A stretch of DNA of 40,340 nucleotides from Macrostomum lignano (Eukaryota): the NCBI GenBank assembly GCA_002269645.1, contig NIVC01004623.1:1-40340 (forward strand), written 5' to 3'. Position 1 is the stretch's first letter. Every line of letters begins with the position of its first letter. This document shows, piece by piece, positions 24,388 through 36,273 of the stretch. A program made the translations under genes and the position numbers. The notes beneath the pieces were generated by a model. The model did not search any database. It worked only from the letters and a program-made list of their open reading frames with translations, and was not told the DNA's origin.

Positions 24388-26656
24388 GTTTTAGGAATGC
24401 GGCTAGCAACCAAGTCTTGAACTTATCGAATTATCGTCTTTCTGACTGCGAAACCGAAATTTTAGGAATGGGGAAGAACTTTGTGCCAGCCCCAATTGTT
24501 ATGGGGTCCAGCGTCCTTTCTGACTCCATCAAGGTTTTCAAGCAGAGAATAGTTCTTAACTCCCTGCTTCAGCGTCGCACGTGTGCTTTCACCCGCGCAT
24601 CCCTTATACTGGCCGAGCTTCGATCCCCAACATCAACTTGGACAAGTGGCGCTCTCACAGAGACCTTTTTGAAAGCCTTGACAGGATTAGAATTCCAAGA
24701 ATCATACACAACAAGCCAAACCTTCAGGAGCAGCAGAGAATGGCACTGAAGACTCTTCGAGACAATAGCAGTATCGTCATTAAACCTGCCGACAAGGGCA
24801 GCAATATGGTCGTTTTGAATCGAACAGATTACATACTGGAAGCTAACAGGCAGCTCTCCAACAGGACCTTCTACCAACCCCTTGACACTGCAATGAGCGC
24901 CCAGACCAGTGCCATTATCAAAGCCATTTTTCAAGATCTTAAAGAAGAAAAGATAATTACTAATCATCAATACTCGCAACTGATTCCGCCAACTATTCCA
25001 AGAGATCGAATTTTTTACCTTTTGCCAAAAATCCATAAGGATCCCGAAGAATGGCCTACTCCTGGAGTGCCTCCTGGGAGACCCATTGTCTCGGACTGCA
25101 GCTCGGAAAGCTACATGAGCGCCAAATTTATCGATCTCTTCCTACAGCCGATCGCTAAGGAACAAGACTCCTTCATCCGAGACACGGACCACTTTCAAGC
25201 GGCTATTAATGATTTGATTTTTGAAAAAGACGAAAATGTCTTTCTGGTTACAATGGATGTTGAATCCCTGTACACCAATATTCCCACTGATAAGGGGATG
25301 GACGCCATTAGAGATGCCTTTCAAACATTTCCCCAAACCTCAAGGCCAGATAACCATCTTCTTGCGCTCCTGGACATTAACTTGAACAAAAATGATTTTG
25401 TTTTCAACGACACGCGCTACCTTCAAATCAAAGGCACAAGCATGGGAAAGGCCTTTGCGCCATCCTACGCCAACATATTTATGTCTGCCTGGGAATCCAA
25501 AGCTTTAGAAACTGCTCCGTTTACCCCTCGTTTCTTCAAGCGCTACATTGACGACATTTTTATGGTCTTCGTCGGCACTGAAGACGAACTAAAGGAGATG
25601 CACAAGCATCTGAATGAGTTCGATTGCAACATCCGACTCACGATGCAATACAGCAAAGAGAAGGTTCACTTCCTGGACTGCTGTGTCAGTCTGACTGACG
25701 AAGGCAACAACAAGAGACTTTCGTGCTCAATCTACTTCAAACCCACCGATTCACGCCAGCTTTTAAATCCGGGGTCTTTTCACCCAAAGCACACTTTCAA
25801 AGGTATACTGAAATCTCAGTTCCTCCGTTACGCTCGCCGTTGCACATTTAAAGAAGACTTCGATGAGGCCAGCAGCAGCTTAACAAGCATCCTGAAGAAA
25901 CAAGGATATTCTGTCCGCTTAATCAGGGATTCTAAAAAATCTGCCCTCATCCAGCTGGGCCTCTACATTGATGGTCGGTGGGAGTTCGGCTTCCAGGATT
26001 GTGGCAATCTAAGCTGCCGTCCTTGCAGAGAGCACGGGCATTTTGGCCAAGTTTGTTTAGGGTCCAGCGCTACAAAAATGATTTACAAAATTTGTCAAAA
26101 AGTCCGCTGTGACTCCAGGAATGTGGTGTATGCCATTCTGTGCAAGACTTGCAATGACCGCTGTATCTACGTAGGTGAGACTGGAGGCGCTCTTAAAGTC
26201 AGACTTCAGGCTCACCTGAGCGACATCAGACTGGCTAAGGACACCCCAATCTCCAGGCACTTTCGGTCACCAAACCACAGTATTCAGGACCTCCGCTTTA
26301 TGGGTCTGTGGTACCTCAGTACTGAGTGCCTGACCACTAAAGAGGGTGCTCAACGCAGGCGGAGGAATATGGAGCAGAAGCTCATCGCTTTACTACAGAC
26401 CCAGACTCCAGCAGGCTTAAACACCGTCATCACTGAAAAAGACGCCTGCATCCCAATAGTGATCCCTTTCACGGACCACTCTGGGCGAATTGTTCATCAA
26501 ATTCGCACGGCCATTTCGAACCACGCTGCAGAGCTGGATACGGTGGCTGCCTATACTCGCTCACGCTCATTAAAGGACATTCTATGTCCATCCAATCTGC
26601 CCGCCGTAACTAATGGTCAGGCCCGAAACTCAAACCTCTTTTCAGTTGAGCACTAG
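24381..26656 (+). CDS. PLE reverse transcriptase + GIY-YIG endonuclease; one frameshift within about 24580-24720
   Basis: VLNLSNYRLSDCETEILGMGKNFVP, IVIKPADKG, FYLLPKIHK, GRPIVS, TMDVESLYTNIP, GTSMG..APSYANIFM, RYIDDIF; CGNLSCRPC linker; NVVYAILC..YVGETGGALKVRLQAH. Confidence 0.92.
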
Positions 26657-26793
26657 ATGTACAGATGTACACACGCGTTGCATCGTGCCCGCCAAACCAT
26701 ATTGATTATTTTATTTTATTCGCGTCTTTCTATACTCACTATAAATATTTAACTCTGTTTTAATTTGCCCTTTTTTCACAGTTTTTTATTTAC

Positions 26794-26839
26794 AATATAC
26801 CCTGACGAAGACCCTGTTTAGGTCGAAAATTCGGTTATT
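26794..26839 (+). ncRNA. Minimal type I hammerhead ribozyme in the PLE 3' terminal repeat
   Basis: Stem I AATA(T)ACC/GGTTATT; core CTGACGA (26802-26808); stem II GACC/GGTC; GAAA (26825-26828); palindromic stem III AATT; predicted cleavage after TTC at 26832. Confidence 0.7.
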
Positions 26840-26899
26840 TTCTTAGAATTAAAGAAATTGTGAATTTGCTTCAACTGTGTGCGTGGTTTCATTTCGCAT

Positions 26900-26964
26900 T
26901 ATCTATCTATCTATCTATCTATCTGACCATCTATCTATCTGACCATCTATCTATTTCTATCTAT
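26900..26964 (+). repeat. Short (TATC)n with TGACC interruptions (3' flank of PLE)
   Basis: Direct reading. Confidence 0.9.
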
Positions 26965-27376
26965 AGCCTTCTCAGCTCAATTGCATGCCCTGCCTAGGGG
27001 ATGAAGAATTTAAATTTTTAATGAAAGCCACCCCCAAGAGGCCTGCAGTTCAGTTAAATCCAGTGCAGTCCAATTTTTCATGCATGTAAAATGACATTGG
27101 CAGTAAGTTTTACTCTGAACTTTTTCGTTAGACTGAACTATTCTGTTGAAAGTATGCCATAAGTGTGAATTCCAGTTTCATATCGTTCTTGTTTCTATGG
27201 CCTTCGAGGTATGAATCTGTTGAATATTTTTGGCAAGCACTGCAAGTGTGTGCATTATTGAATTCAGGATTCTGTCGATAGAAGATAGATTATGTTGTAC
27301 TGCAACTTGTATCATTTTACTTTTGTGCCAGTTCCTTTAAATTAAGCGCATCATAACTAAACAGTACTCACTGCCA

Positions 27377-28260
27377 TCTAATCTCATTCTGTCTAATCTC
27401 ATCCTGTCTATTCTCATTCTGTCTAGTCTCATCCTGTCTATTCTCATTCTGTCTAGTCTCATCCTGTCTATTCTCATTCTATCTAGTCTCATTCTGTCTA
27501 GTCTCATTCTGTCTAGTCTCATTCTGTCTAGTCTCATTCTGTCTATTCTCATTCTGTCTAGTCTCATTCTGTCTATTCTCATTCTGTCTAGTCTCATTCT
27601 GTCTAGTCTCATCCTGTCTAATTTCATTCTGTCTAGTCTCATTCTGTCTATTCTCATTCTGTCTAATTTCATTCTGTCTATTCTCATTCTGTCTAGTCTC
27701 ATTCTGTCTATTCTCATTCTGTCTAGTCTCATCCTGTCTAATTTCATTCTGTCTAGTCTCATCCTGTCTAATTTCATTCTGTCTAGTCTCATCCTGTCTA
27801 ATTTCATTCTGTCTAGTCTCATCCTGTCTAATTTCATTCTGTCTAGTCTCATTCTGTCTAGTCTCATTCTGTCTAGTCTCATTCTGTCTAGTCTCATTCT
27901 GTCTATTCTCATTCTGTCTAATTTCATTCTGTCTAGTCTCATTCTGTCTAGTCTCATCCTGTCTAATTTCATTCTGTCTATTCTCATTCTGTCTAGTCTC
28001 ATTCTGTCTAGTCTCATTCTGTCTATTCTCATTCTGTCTAATCTCATTCTGTCTATTCTCATTCTGTCTATTCTCATTCTGTCTATTCTCATTCTGTCTA
28101 GTCTCATTCTGTCTAGTCTCATCCTGTCTATTCTCATTCTGTCTAGTCTCATTCTGTCTAGTCTCATTCTGTCTAGTCTGATTCTGTCTATTCTCATCCT
28201 GACTATTCCCATCCTGTCTAGTGTCATCCTGTCTGAAATCATCCTGTCTGATCATATCTT
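27377..28260 (+). repeat. 15-bp minisatellite (GTCTA[G/T/A]TCTCATTCT)n
   Basis: Direct reading; roughly 60 units with degenerate ends. Confidence 0.97.
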
Positions 28261-28747
28261 GTCTAATCTCATCTTTTCTATTTTTATTCTGTCTAATCTA
28301 CAGTCTGTCTAATCTCATCGCGTCAAATCTCATATTCTATTTATTACCTTACCTTATAATCGTGTGGGCACGCATCTTATAGGTTTTCTAATTGTTTTTT
28401 TATTTCTATAGCTGTTTAATAGCGCAAATAACAGATTCTTAAGAGTACACTTACTTACCAACTCACCACTCTACTCTACTAAAATAAGTAGGGTGGTTAG
28501 GGCATGAAGTTGCGTACTATTCACTGACAAGAAAAGTACGCAAGCAATCATGCTGAACATTAGGCGTGTACACTGCTCTAAATGTGCATATTTGAAGTGT
28601 ACACGCTGACGCTCTGAAGAAAGAAAAATTTTAGCTCTCTAACTTGTAATGATATGCTAGGGCCAGTGTTTTTAATTTACGCTCGTAAAAAGCACTGCAA
28701 ATCATGTAATTTTGCATGCTAAAGTGAGCTCATGCCACACGCTATTT

Positions 28748-30696
28748 ATGCATGAGACAAATCGAAGCTCGGATCGAAAAGTTCTGCCGGATGGCCGGTC
28801 AGCTCTGTGGCTGGCAGCTGACAGAGGCGACCTGCAGGGTGAGTCGGCTTGTTGCTGGAGACACTTGCTTGTGGGGCAGTTTTGGTTAGGTTCATTGCTG
28901 GCGCCCCTGGTGCTAAAGCCCCTGGTGCTAAAGCCCCTGGTGCTAAAGCCCCTGGTGCTAAAGCCCCTGGTGATAAAGCTCCTGGTGCTAAAGCCCCTGG
29001 TTCTAAAGCCCCTGGTGCTAAAGCCCCTGGTGCTAAAGCCCCTGGTGCTAAAGCCTCTAGTGCAAAAGATGCAAAATGCAGAGACTGAATGTGAAAAGCT
29101 TTTATTGACTGCAGCATATTTTACCTCGCCATCAGAAGTGGACCGCCTGATTCGAACTGGTGCCCGACTGAACAAGCGACAGCGCAACGGCTGGACGCCG
29201 CTGTGCGCAGCCGCTTGGCGCGGTCACGTCCGCGTTGTCAAGCGGCTGATCTCCGCCGGAGCTCTGCTGAATCCGCGCCAAGAGTTCGGCGCCACGCCGC
29301 TCTACGTGGCGGTTCAGAACCGTCGAACGGCAACAGTAGCCGCGTTGCTGGCCGCTGGTGCGGACTGCGACCTACCGGAGAACAGGGGCTGGTCGCCGAT
29401 GCACATTGCCGCGCAGTACGGTCACGTGAAGGTGGCGACGCTGCTAATCAATGCTGGCGCTGACATCAGCCAGCAAGCTGAAGATGGCTACACGCCTCTG
29501 TATATTGCGGCCCAGAACGGTTACGCGTCCTTTGTCCGGCTTCTGCTTTCAACGGAAATGTGCAGCGTCGCTCTGCTGAATCTTCCAATGAATGACGGCA
29601 GCACATCACTGTGGATCGCCGCCCAGAATGGTCACGTCAAGGTCGTTGACGAGCTCATTCGAGCTGGGGCGGACATTGAACTTGCAGACTGCACCGATGC
29701 TTCCCCTCTATGGACGGCGGCAGATCACGGACACGTCAGCACCGTGTTGCGTCTACTCAGGGCTGGTGCCACTGTTGATCGCTGCGATAACATGGGCAGT
29801 TCGCCATTACACGCTGCAGTGTCTAATGGACATCTGAAGGTCACGCGTCTGCTGCTGAAGTACAGAGCTAAAGTGGACGTGCTCAGCACGATTGGCAACA
29901 GTCCACTGACATCCGCTTCACTCGAAGGTCACGCTGAGTGTGTTCGTGAGCTGCTAAAGTTTGGAGCGAATGTGAATCAGTCTGGGTTCGAGGGCTGCTC
30001 GGCACTCTATTTCGCCTCCGAGGGTGGCCACACTCGCGTAGTCGAGTTGCTTCTGAAGGCTGGAGCCCGAACTGACGACTGCAACTGCTTCGGTTGCAGC
30101 CCATTGTGGATCGCCTCGCGCGAGGGTCACTTGGCGGTGGCGTTGCAGCTGCTCAAAGCCGGCGCGAATTTCAACATAGTCGGCGAAGGCCATCTGACTC
30201 CACTAGGCATAGCGGTGCGGTCCGGAAATATTGGCGTGATTGGCGCCCTGATTGAAGCCGGATCGGATCTGAACCGCGTCAGCGCATCCGGTACCAGCTC
30301 GCTTGTGTTAGCTATCGACATGCGTCAGGAAGAAGCCGCAATCAATCTGCTGGATGCCGGAGTTAACGTTGATGTCCTGGACCCTGTGGGCATGTCACCA
30401 CTGTGGCTTGCTGCTCAAAACGGGTGCATTCGAGTTCTGAACTATCTTCGATCGTGCAGAAATCCACGCCGTAGGACGCGACAACATTGGAACAGGATGC
30501 TCCTCGACGAGTTGAAGTGCTTCGCTTTTGCGTGCTACAGGGGCCAGATTGAGGTTCTCGCTTCCCTGTCTGAGTCGCAATTGTTGCACTCAAGCGACCT
30601 AAACGACTTGTCAGGCCTAACTGGTTCTGAAGTTTTCGTTGAAGAGTTCAAAAGATTTATAGCAATGAAAAGAAGCATCCTGCCGCCAGTTCATCG
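28748..30696 (+). CDS. Ankyrin-repeat exons of an ANK + Mab-21/cGAS-like receptor gene (probable exons 28748-28838 and about 29061-30696)
   Basis: At least 13 GxTPLxxAAxxGHxxVVxxLLxxGA repeats. GTGAGT donors at 28839 and 30697; the TGA at 30698 lies inside the donor. Confidence 0.88.
28903..29052 (+). repeat. 15-bp repeat GCCCCTGGTGCTAAA x10, inside the predicted first intron
   Basis: Direct reading. Confidence 0.95.
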
Positions 30697-31033
30697 GTGA
30701 GTTACCGAAATCTCAGAACCAGGAAAAGAGGGGAACAGCAGTCGGTAAACGCGTCCGACGCAAGGACCACTGTATATAGCTATATACAGTTGTCCTTGAT
30801 CCGACGCTCGCTCACAGACACGTGGTTTGATCCCGTGTGTGGCCACATTTATTTACGGCTTGTGTGCACGAAAATTGACCAATGGAGTTGTCCTGCGATT
30901 CACACCCTGACATGTGAAAGTCAGGGTGTACATGCCTGACAATCAGAAACTCAAAGGGCTGCTGTACACCCTGTGTGAGCGTGTGTATGAGTGCGTGCCT
31001 GCGTACAGTATGTGCTCAGGAATCAGCGGACTG

Positions 31034-31562
31034 GGTAGAATTGCCTCGCCACTTGTTGCAGGACGATATCACCGTAGGCGTTGCGCCAGGGTGTCTGCTG
31101 CCCTCCGAATACTTATACGATTTACACGGAACAGGAAGGGCCTGTTTAATAGAAAGGAAGCAAAGCCAAATTTAGACACATTTATGCAATCAAGTTTCAA
31201 ACAATTCTCCAGATTGGAAAGCACAGTCCAACACAGCCTCCGGCTGCATCAGTCACTTCTGCTCTCGGGCTTCAGTCGGGAGAACTCCGTTCTGCAAAGC
31301 GGCGCCGCTGCGGTACTGCAAAAGATTATCAGAAGCAAGAACCAGGCCGGCTACTTTGTCGTTGGCAGCTACGCAGACGGTTGGGGCAACTGCTTGTCAA
31401 GGCTGGACGGACGAATCGAGGTCGGCTCGGACATTGACCTCACGTGCATCGAAGCGATGCCGCCGTTTCATCTGATTGGCTGCACACCGATTGGAATGTG
31501 CTCAAAGACCGACTGTGTCCCAGTGCAGTATTCGGATGGCCACATCGATTATAAAGTGCATG
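31034..31562 (+). CDS. Exon with nucleotidyltransferase signature of a cGAS-like receptor (Mab-21 family); 5' boundary uncertain
   Basis: FVVGSYADGWGNCLSRLDGRIEVGSDIDLT (hGS...DhD); GTAGGT donor at 31563. Confidence 0.8.
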
Positions 31563-32369
31563 GTAGGTTGTTATACATTCCACTTGGTGTCGAAAAATAA
31601 TTAATAAAGCTAGCATGGAGGCTGAGAGAATACTTTAGCAACAGAAGGGGTCAGTGTAGAGTCAGTGAGGAAGGCCGAAGCCCACAACAGTTTATTTTTA
31701 TTAGAAACAAGTGGAACTCCTCCTTCGGAGGAGAAAGGTGAAGAACTCAAATAAAAGAAATGGAGGGGCTGGAGTGGAACGAGAGGCTAAAGAGGGACGA
31801 AGTGAGGACCAATCAGAGTGAAGAAAGGGTGAGAGAGAGAAGGCTAGACTGAATTGCACGAGAGAGTACACAACGAAGAGTACATGGTGTACTGAAGGAG
31901 AGCAGAAGTCGCTACATTTGGATCTTATCATATTTTATGGCAAATTAATTCACCCCGTGAAGATGCAGTCATGTGAGAGCAGAAAAGATCGAAGAAAAAA
32001 TATGCCTGACTCGTTAAAATTGTATGAAACTGCCTCATTGTATTTCCATCGCACCTCGGATTCAGACAGGCGCAAGCAGCCCATTCAGCTAACCGCAGCC
32101 AAACTCCGCTTAACCTTTAAAATTTCAAGAAGCATATTCTACATTCTACTACTCGTATCTGCGTCGTATAAATAAAATAAATGAAATGTTCGTAGAAAGT
32201 TTATAAGCACCTTGGCGTAACGCCTTCAACGACATCAACCAGGGATGAGGCGATTCTGCCCATTCCGATGACTCCTGAGCACATACGAGCTCGCCAATAC
32301 TGTACGCAGGCACGAACTCATACACAAGCTCACATAGGGTGTACAGCGGCCCTGAATTTCTAATCTTTA

Positions 32370-32544
32370 GTCATGTACACTCTCTGTGCCTTGGTGGTTG
32401 ACCCTCACGAGTTTGAATCGCAAGACCTCCCAGGCCAATCACTATTTGTTCACAAGCCCCAAACTAATGTGACCGCCCACGGAATCGAACCAGGGGTCGT
32501 GACGCAAGAGTTGGACGCGTTTACCGCTGATCTGCTCTGCCCCC
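32370..32544 (-). mobile_element. tRNA-derived SINE-like sequence in the cGLR intron (3' boundary uncertain)
   Basis: Minus strand GGGGCAGAGCAGATCAGCGGTAAACGCG (A-box-like) and GGTTCGATTCC (B box, 32491-32481). Confidence 0.5.
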
Positions 32545-32593
32545 ATATCTATATACATGTATATGCATGAGAAACCGAATTTAATCTATGCAG

Positions 32594-34030
32594 AAAAAAA
32601 CCTGTACAAATTGCAGTGTCAAGTCCCAGCGTGCCAGAGGCTGAACCATACTGAAGCCTGCGGTGGATCACGTCAAAGCTTATCCCTGCTGTTCCTATCC
32701 ACCCATCTGGCTGCTCCAGACCAGTCACGTGTCGCAAATACGACCTAGCGTGCTGCAAGCTCTCCGAGACGAAGTACAGTTGGCTTGGTGCCACGTGGTC
32801 GCGGCAGCTCCTCCCGAGTTGACGGGCGACCGGATGCGGTCAGTACGAATCTGTTGGAACGCAGGCTGATGCAGAGCCTAACGAGTCTGCAGGGCCAGGT
32901 CTTTGTCGTTTTGAAATATCTGATTAAAAAGTCATTGGACGACGCGTCAAGGGATTAAAGAGCTACCACGCCAAGAACCTGCTGTTCTACATGCTGGACA
33001 AGACGCCCGAGGAAGAGTGGCAGAGGCCGGAGAACCTCATCAGCCTTGTTGAGGAGTCGCTATCGATTTTAGTCAGACAGCTCCACGAACCATCGGCAAG
33101 TTCGATGGAGTGCATGCGCCACTTCTTCCTTCAGGACGCGGCGATCTATTTGCACAAAGGTCACGACGAAAAGTCTACCTATAGCTCGGAAGTCCGCTTA
33201 GTGATCGAGAACTTGCCGAGTCTGCTAGAGGAGTTCGAGCTCGTTTAATCCCAACTGAGCTTGGCAGTATCGAGTTTCATCCATTTCTGTTTCTTCCCGA
33301 AGTTCAGATGCCCAAAAAGCAGGAAATTCCTGCTGCTGGTAAAATAAAGTTCTACCAAATTGACGATCTAGTTTACAGGGCATTGGTTCAACTGTTTGCT
33401 GAGTTCGATAAGAGAACTCAACTCGCCCAGTTAATGAGCAGCATCGATAGAATTCCTGACAGCGCGAAGACAACCAGAGAGTGCTTGAAGGCTCTGGCAG
33501 TCTCAAGTTGGCAACCGTTGGACGCTTCTCAGTTGACCAGCACAGTCAGCAGAAAAGTTGCTGGCCACTTGAAAGCAGAATCTGAAGAAGTATCTCCGGC
33601 ATCTGTCGAAGAGGCTGAACAGTTCGTCTGGAAGCAGATGAAGCGGACTGACTCCGCGTGGAAGTTCAGCTTCAGCTTCAAGCAAACCGATGTCAATCCG
33701 GTGTTCAACTTCCTGCCAAACCACATCCGGGAAGCGTTTCCATCTCGCCTGGTTAACTACGACGATTGCTACTACATGAACTTCGACGCATTGATGAAGG
33801 CTATTCAGCTGGAGTATTCAAACCGCTGGAATGCCGCGGATCTGTTTGCCAGCGCTGCGGATGGCGATTCAGATCCTCAGGAGCTGCTGATGCTGCTGCA
33901 TTACTACCGACCTGGACAGGATGATCAACTGCTGGTGCAGGCTGTGCACAGGAATCGAGACTTGATCACCGAGTCCATGCTGAATTCAACTGTTGTAAAC
34001 TTCATTGAAGCCAGGGTGAGCTCAAACTGA
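32594..34030 (+). CDS. Mab-21/cGLR C-terminal exon with about 5 frameshifts
   Basis: Acceptor TGCAG at 32593, phase-compatible with 31562. Joined frames: PAVDHVKAYPCCSYPP..CHVVAAAPP..RVSTNLLERRLMQSL..QVFVVLKYLIKK..GLKSYHAKNLLFYMLDKTPEEEW..MRHFFLQDA..FHPFLFLP..*. Confidence 0.78.
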
Positions 34031-34132
34031 TTCTCAGATAGGAGACACTCGAGGGGGTTAATTGTCAAGGTTGTGCTTCTCAAAATTTGGTAATCACCAG
34101 GCAGAAGATTTTCAACCCAGTAACAGTTTGGT

Positions 34133-34287
34133 GCCATCCGTCGCCACTAGTTGGGCGCCATCCGTCGCCACTTGTTGGGCGCCACCCGTCACCATTTTTT
34201 TGGCGCCACGCGTCAGCAATAGTTGGGCACCACGCGTAACCACTAGTTGGGCGCCACCCGTCACCACTAGTTGGGCGCCACCGTCAC
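34133..34287 (+). repeat. 24-bp tandem repeat (GCCA[T/C]CCGTC[G/A]CCACTAGTTGGGC), about 6 copies
   Basis: Direct reading. Confidence 0.85.
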
Positions 34288-34967
34288 AAAATTATAAAAT
34301 CACATGTATCGCATCCTTGACACGGCAACCCTTGTACGGATTTCAGCCGCAGCTTCACGCGCTGTCGATCAGATCAGCAATGGATTCGCTGGCCAAGCAT
34401 CTCCGGGATTCACCTCCAATGCCCAGCACAATTCAAGGGCAGGAGGAGTTCAAACAGCCATGCCGTAGTGCTAAACGAAAACGAAGTGCAAAATATTACC
34501 AGGAATTGAAACACGTCAAATTAACAAAGAGATCGAAGTGAAGTACATTTTGCATCTATTCGTTGGTATTTTCAATAAGCACAGTAGAATTTCATTTCAA
34601 ATGTCCGCATCATACTACTGATGTCCTTAATAAATATAAGAAATGACACGTATGCTTTTCCTCATGGTAGCATACCATGTATTTCGCGTGTCTTGGACAC
34701 CTGAAGGTCAACCGCGAAGGCACAGAGAGTGTAGAGTGAATGGTCTATTCAACAGTTAAAGCCAAGCAAGGAGAACGTGAATTTCAAGAGCGTATGAAAA
34801 ATCGATTTTGCTGTATATTTTTGAGTTTATAAGCGGTAACTAAAAGTATCCGCTATTCAAATATTCTCCGTAAATTCTACGTGAAAGCTTTAGTGGAGGC
34901 ATTGAAACTTTTAGCTTTCGGGTCAATAGCTTCTGCCGCTTTTAAATAGTTCAGCAAAGCACTCGCG

Positions 34968-35765
34968 TGAACTCACCCATGAACTCACCCATGAACTCGA
35001 ACTCACCCATGAACTCACCCATGAACTCACCCATGAACTCACCCATGAACTCACCCCTGCACTCACTCATGAACTCACCCATGAACTCACCATGAACTCA
35101 CCCTGAACTCACCATGAACTCACCCATGAACTCACTCATGAACTCACTCATGAACTCACCCATGAACTCACCATGAACTCACTGACTCACTCATGAACTC
35201 ACCCATGAACTCACTCATGAACTCACCCATGAACTCACCATGAACTCACCATGAACTCACTCATGAACTCACCCATGAACTCACCCATGAACTCACCATG
35301 AACTCACCCATGAACTCACTCATGAACTCACTCATGAACTCACCCATGAACTCACCCATGAACTTACCCTGACTCACCATGAACTCACGCATGAACTCAC
35401 TCATGAACTCACCCATGAACTCACCATGAACTCACCCCATGACTCACCATGAACTCACCATGAACTCACCATGAACTCACCCATGAACTCACTCATGAAC
35501 TCACCATGAACTCACCCATGAACTCACCCATGAACTTACCCATGAACTCACTCATGAACTCACTCACAAACTCACCCTGAACTCACCCATGAACTCACCA
35601 TGAACTTACCCATGAACTCACTCATGAACTCACCATCATGAACTCACCCATGAACTCACCCATGAACTTACCCATGAACTCACTCATGAACTCACTCACA
35701 AACTACCCTTGAACTCACACATAACCTCACTCATGAACTCACCCGTAAACTCACTCATGAGCTCA
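34968..35765 (+). repeat. 11-12-bp minisatellite (ATGAACTCAC[C/T]C)n
   Basis: Direct reading. Confidence 0.97.
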
Positions 35766-36273
35766 AAACTTGCTCACTAATGACTTCCAATATTATGAAC
35801 TAGAACCCAACATTAGTTTGTCTATTTAGTAGCAAAAGAATTACACTCTACATTATGTATATTATTACGTTTTCATTTTGTTTACAGTAGACTCCAGAAC
35901 TAGGCAGAAAATCCGGCAGTCTGTTATGCGAGCGTAAGGAAAGTTTCTCTAATTTTCGCAACAATCTAATCTAAGAAGCAAAGCAACACATCAAAGTTAT
36001 TGTTCGCAGCAGAATTAAGAAAAAAAATTGGAAAACCCCAAATTCAACAGTTTTAAATTCCAAGCAGAAGATTCCTAGAAAAATTCAATCGATACAGCTT
36101 CCGGAAAAATAGTTTGAACGAAAGCAAATTAAACGAGAAGATCAGATTGTTGAGCAGTAAAACAAAAATTTAGAAAGAGAAAACGGCGAAAAAGCGAAGC
36201 AATCCAATTTCATTTTCAGACTTGTTCTTTAACTTGTTCTCTTCCCGTCAACTGAGGTCATCCGGCAGCGGCG

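Noticed and set aside
27337-28255. (RMRLD)n and (RQNET)n ORFs of 258-301 aa
   Set aside because: Two frames of a 15-bp minisatellite that lack stops by chance; no unique flanking domain.
28746-29117. Collagen-like (PGALA)n / (APGAK)n ORFs
   Set aside because: Alternative frames of the 15-bp intronic repeat; period 5, not Gly-X-Y.
34062-34541. 159-aa ORF with SWAP repeats
   Set aside because: Built on a 24-bp tandem repeat just 3' of the cGLR stop; TTG start and no domain.
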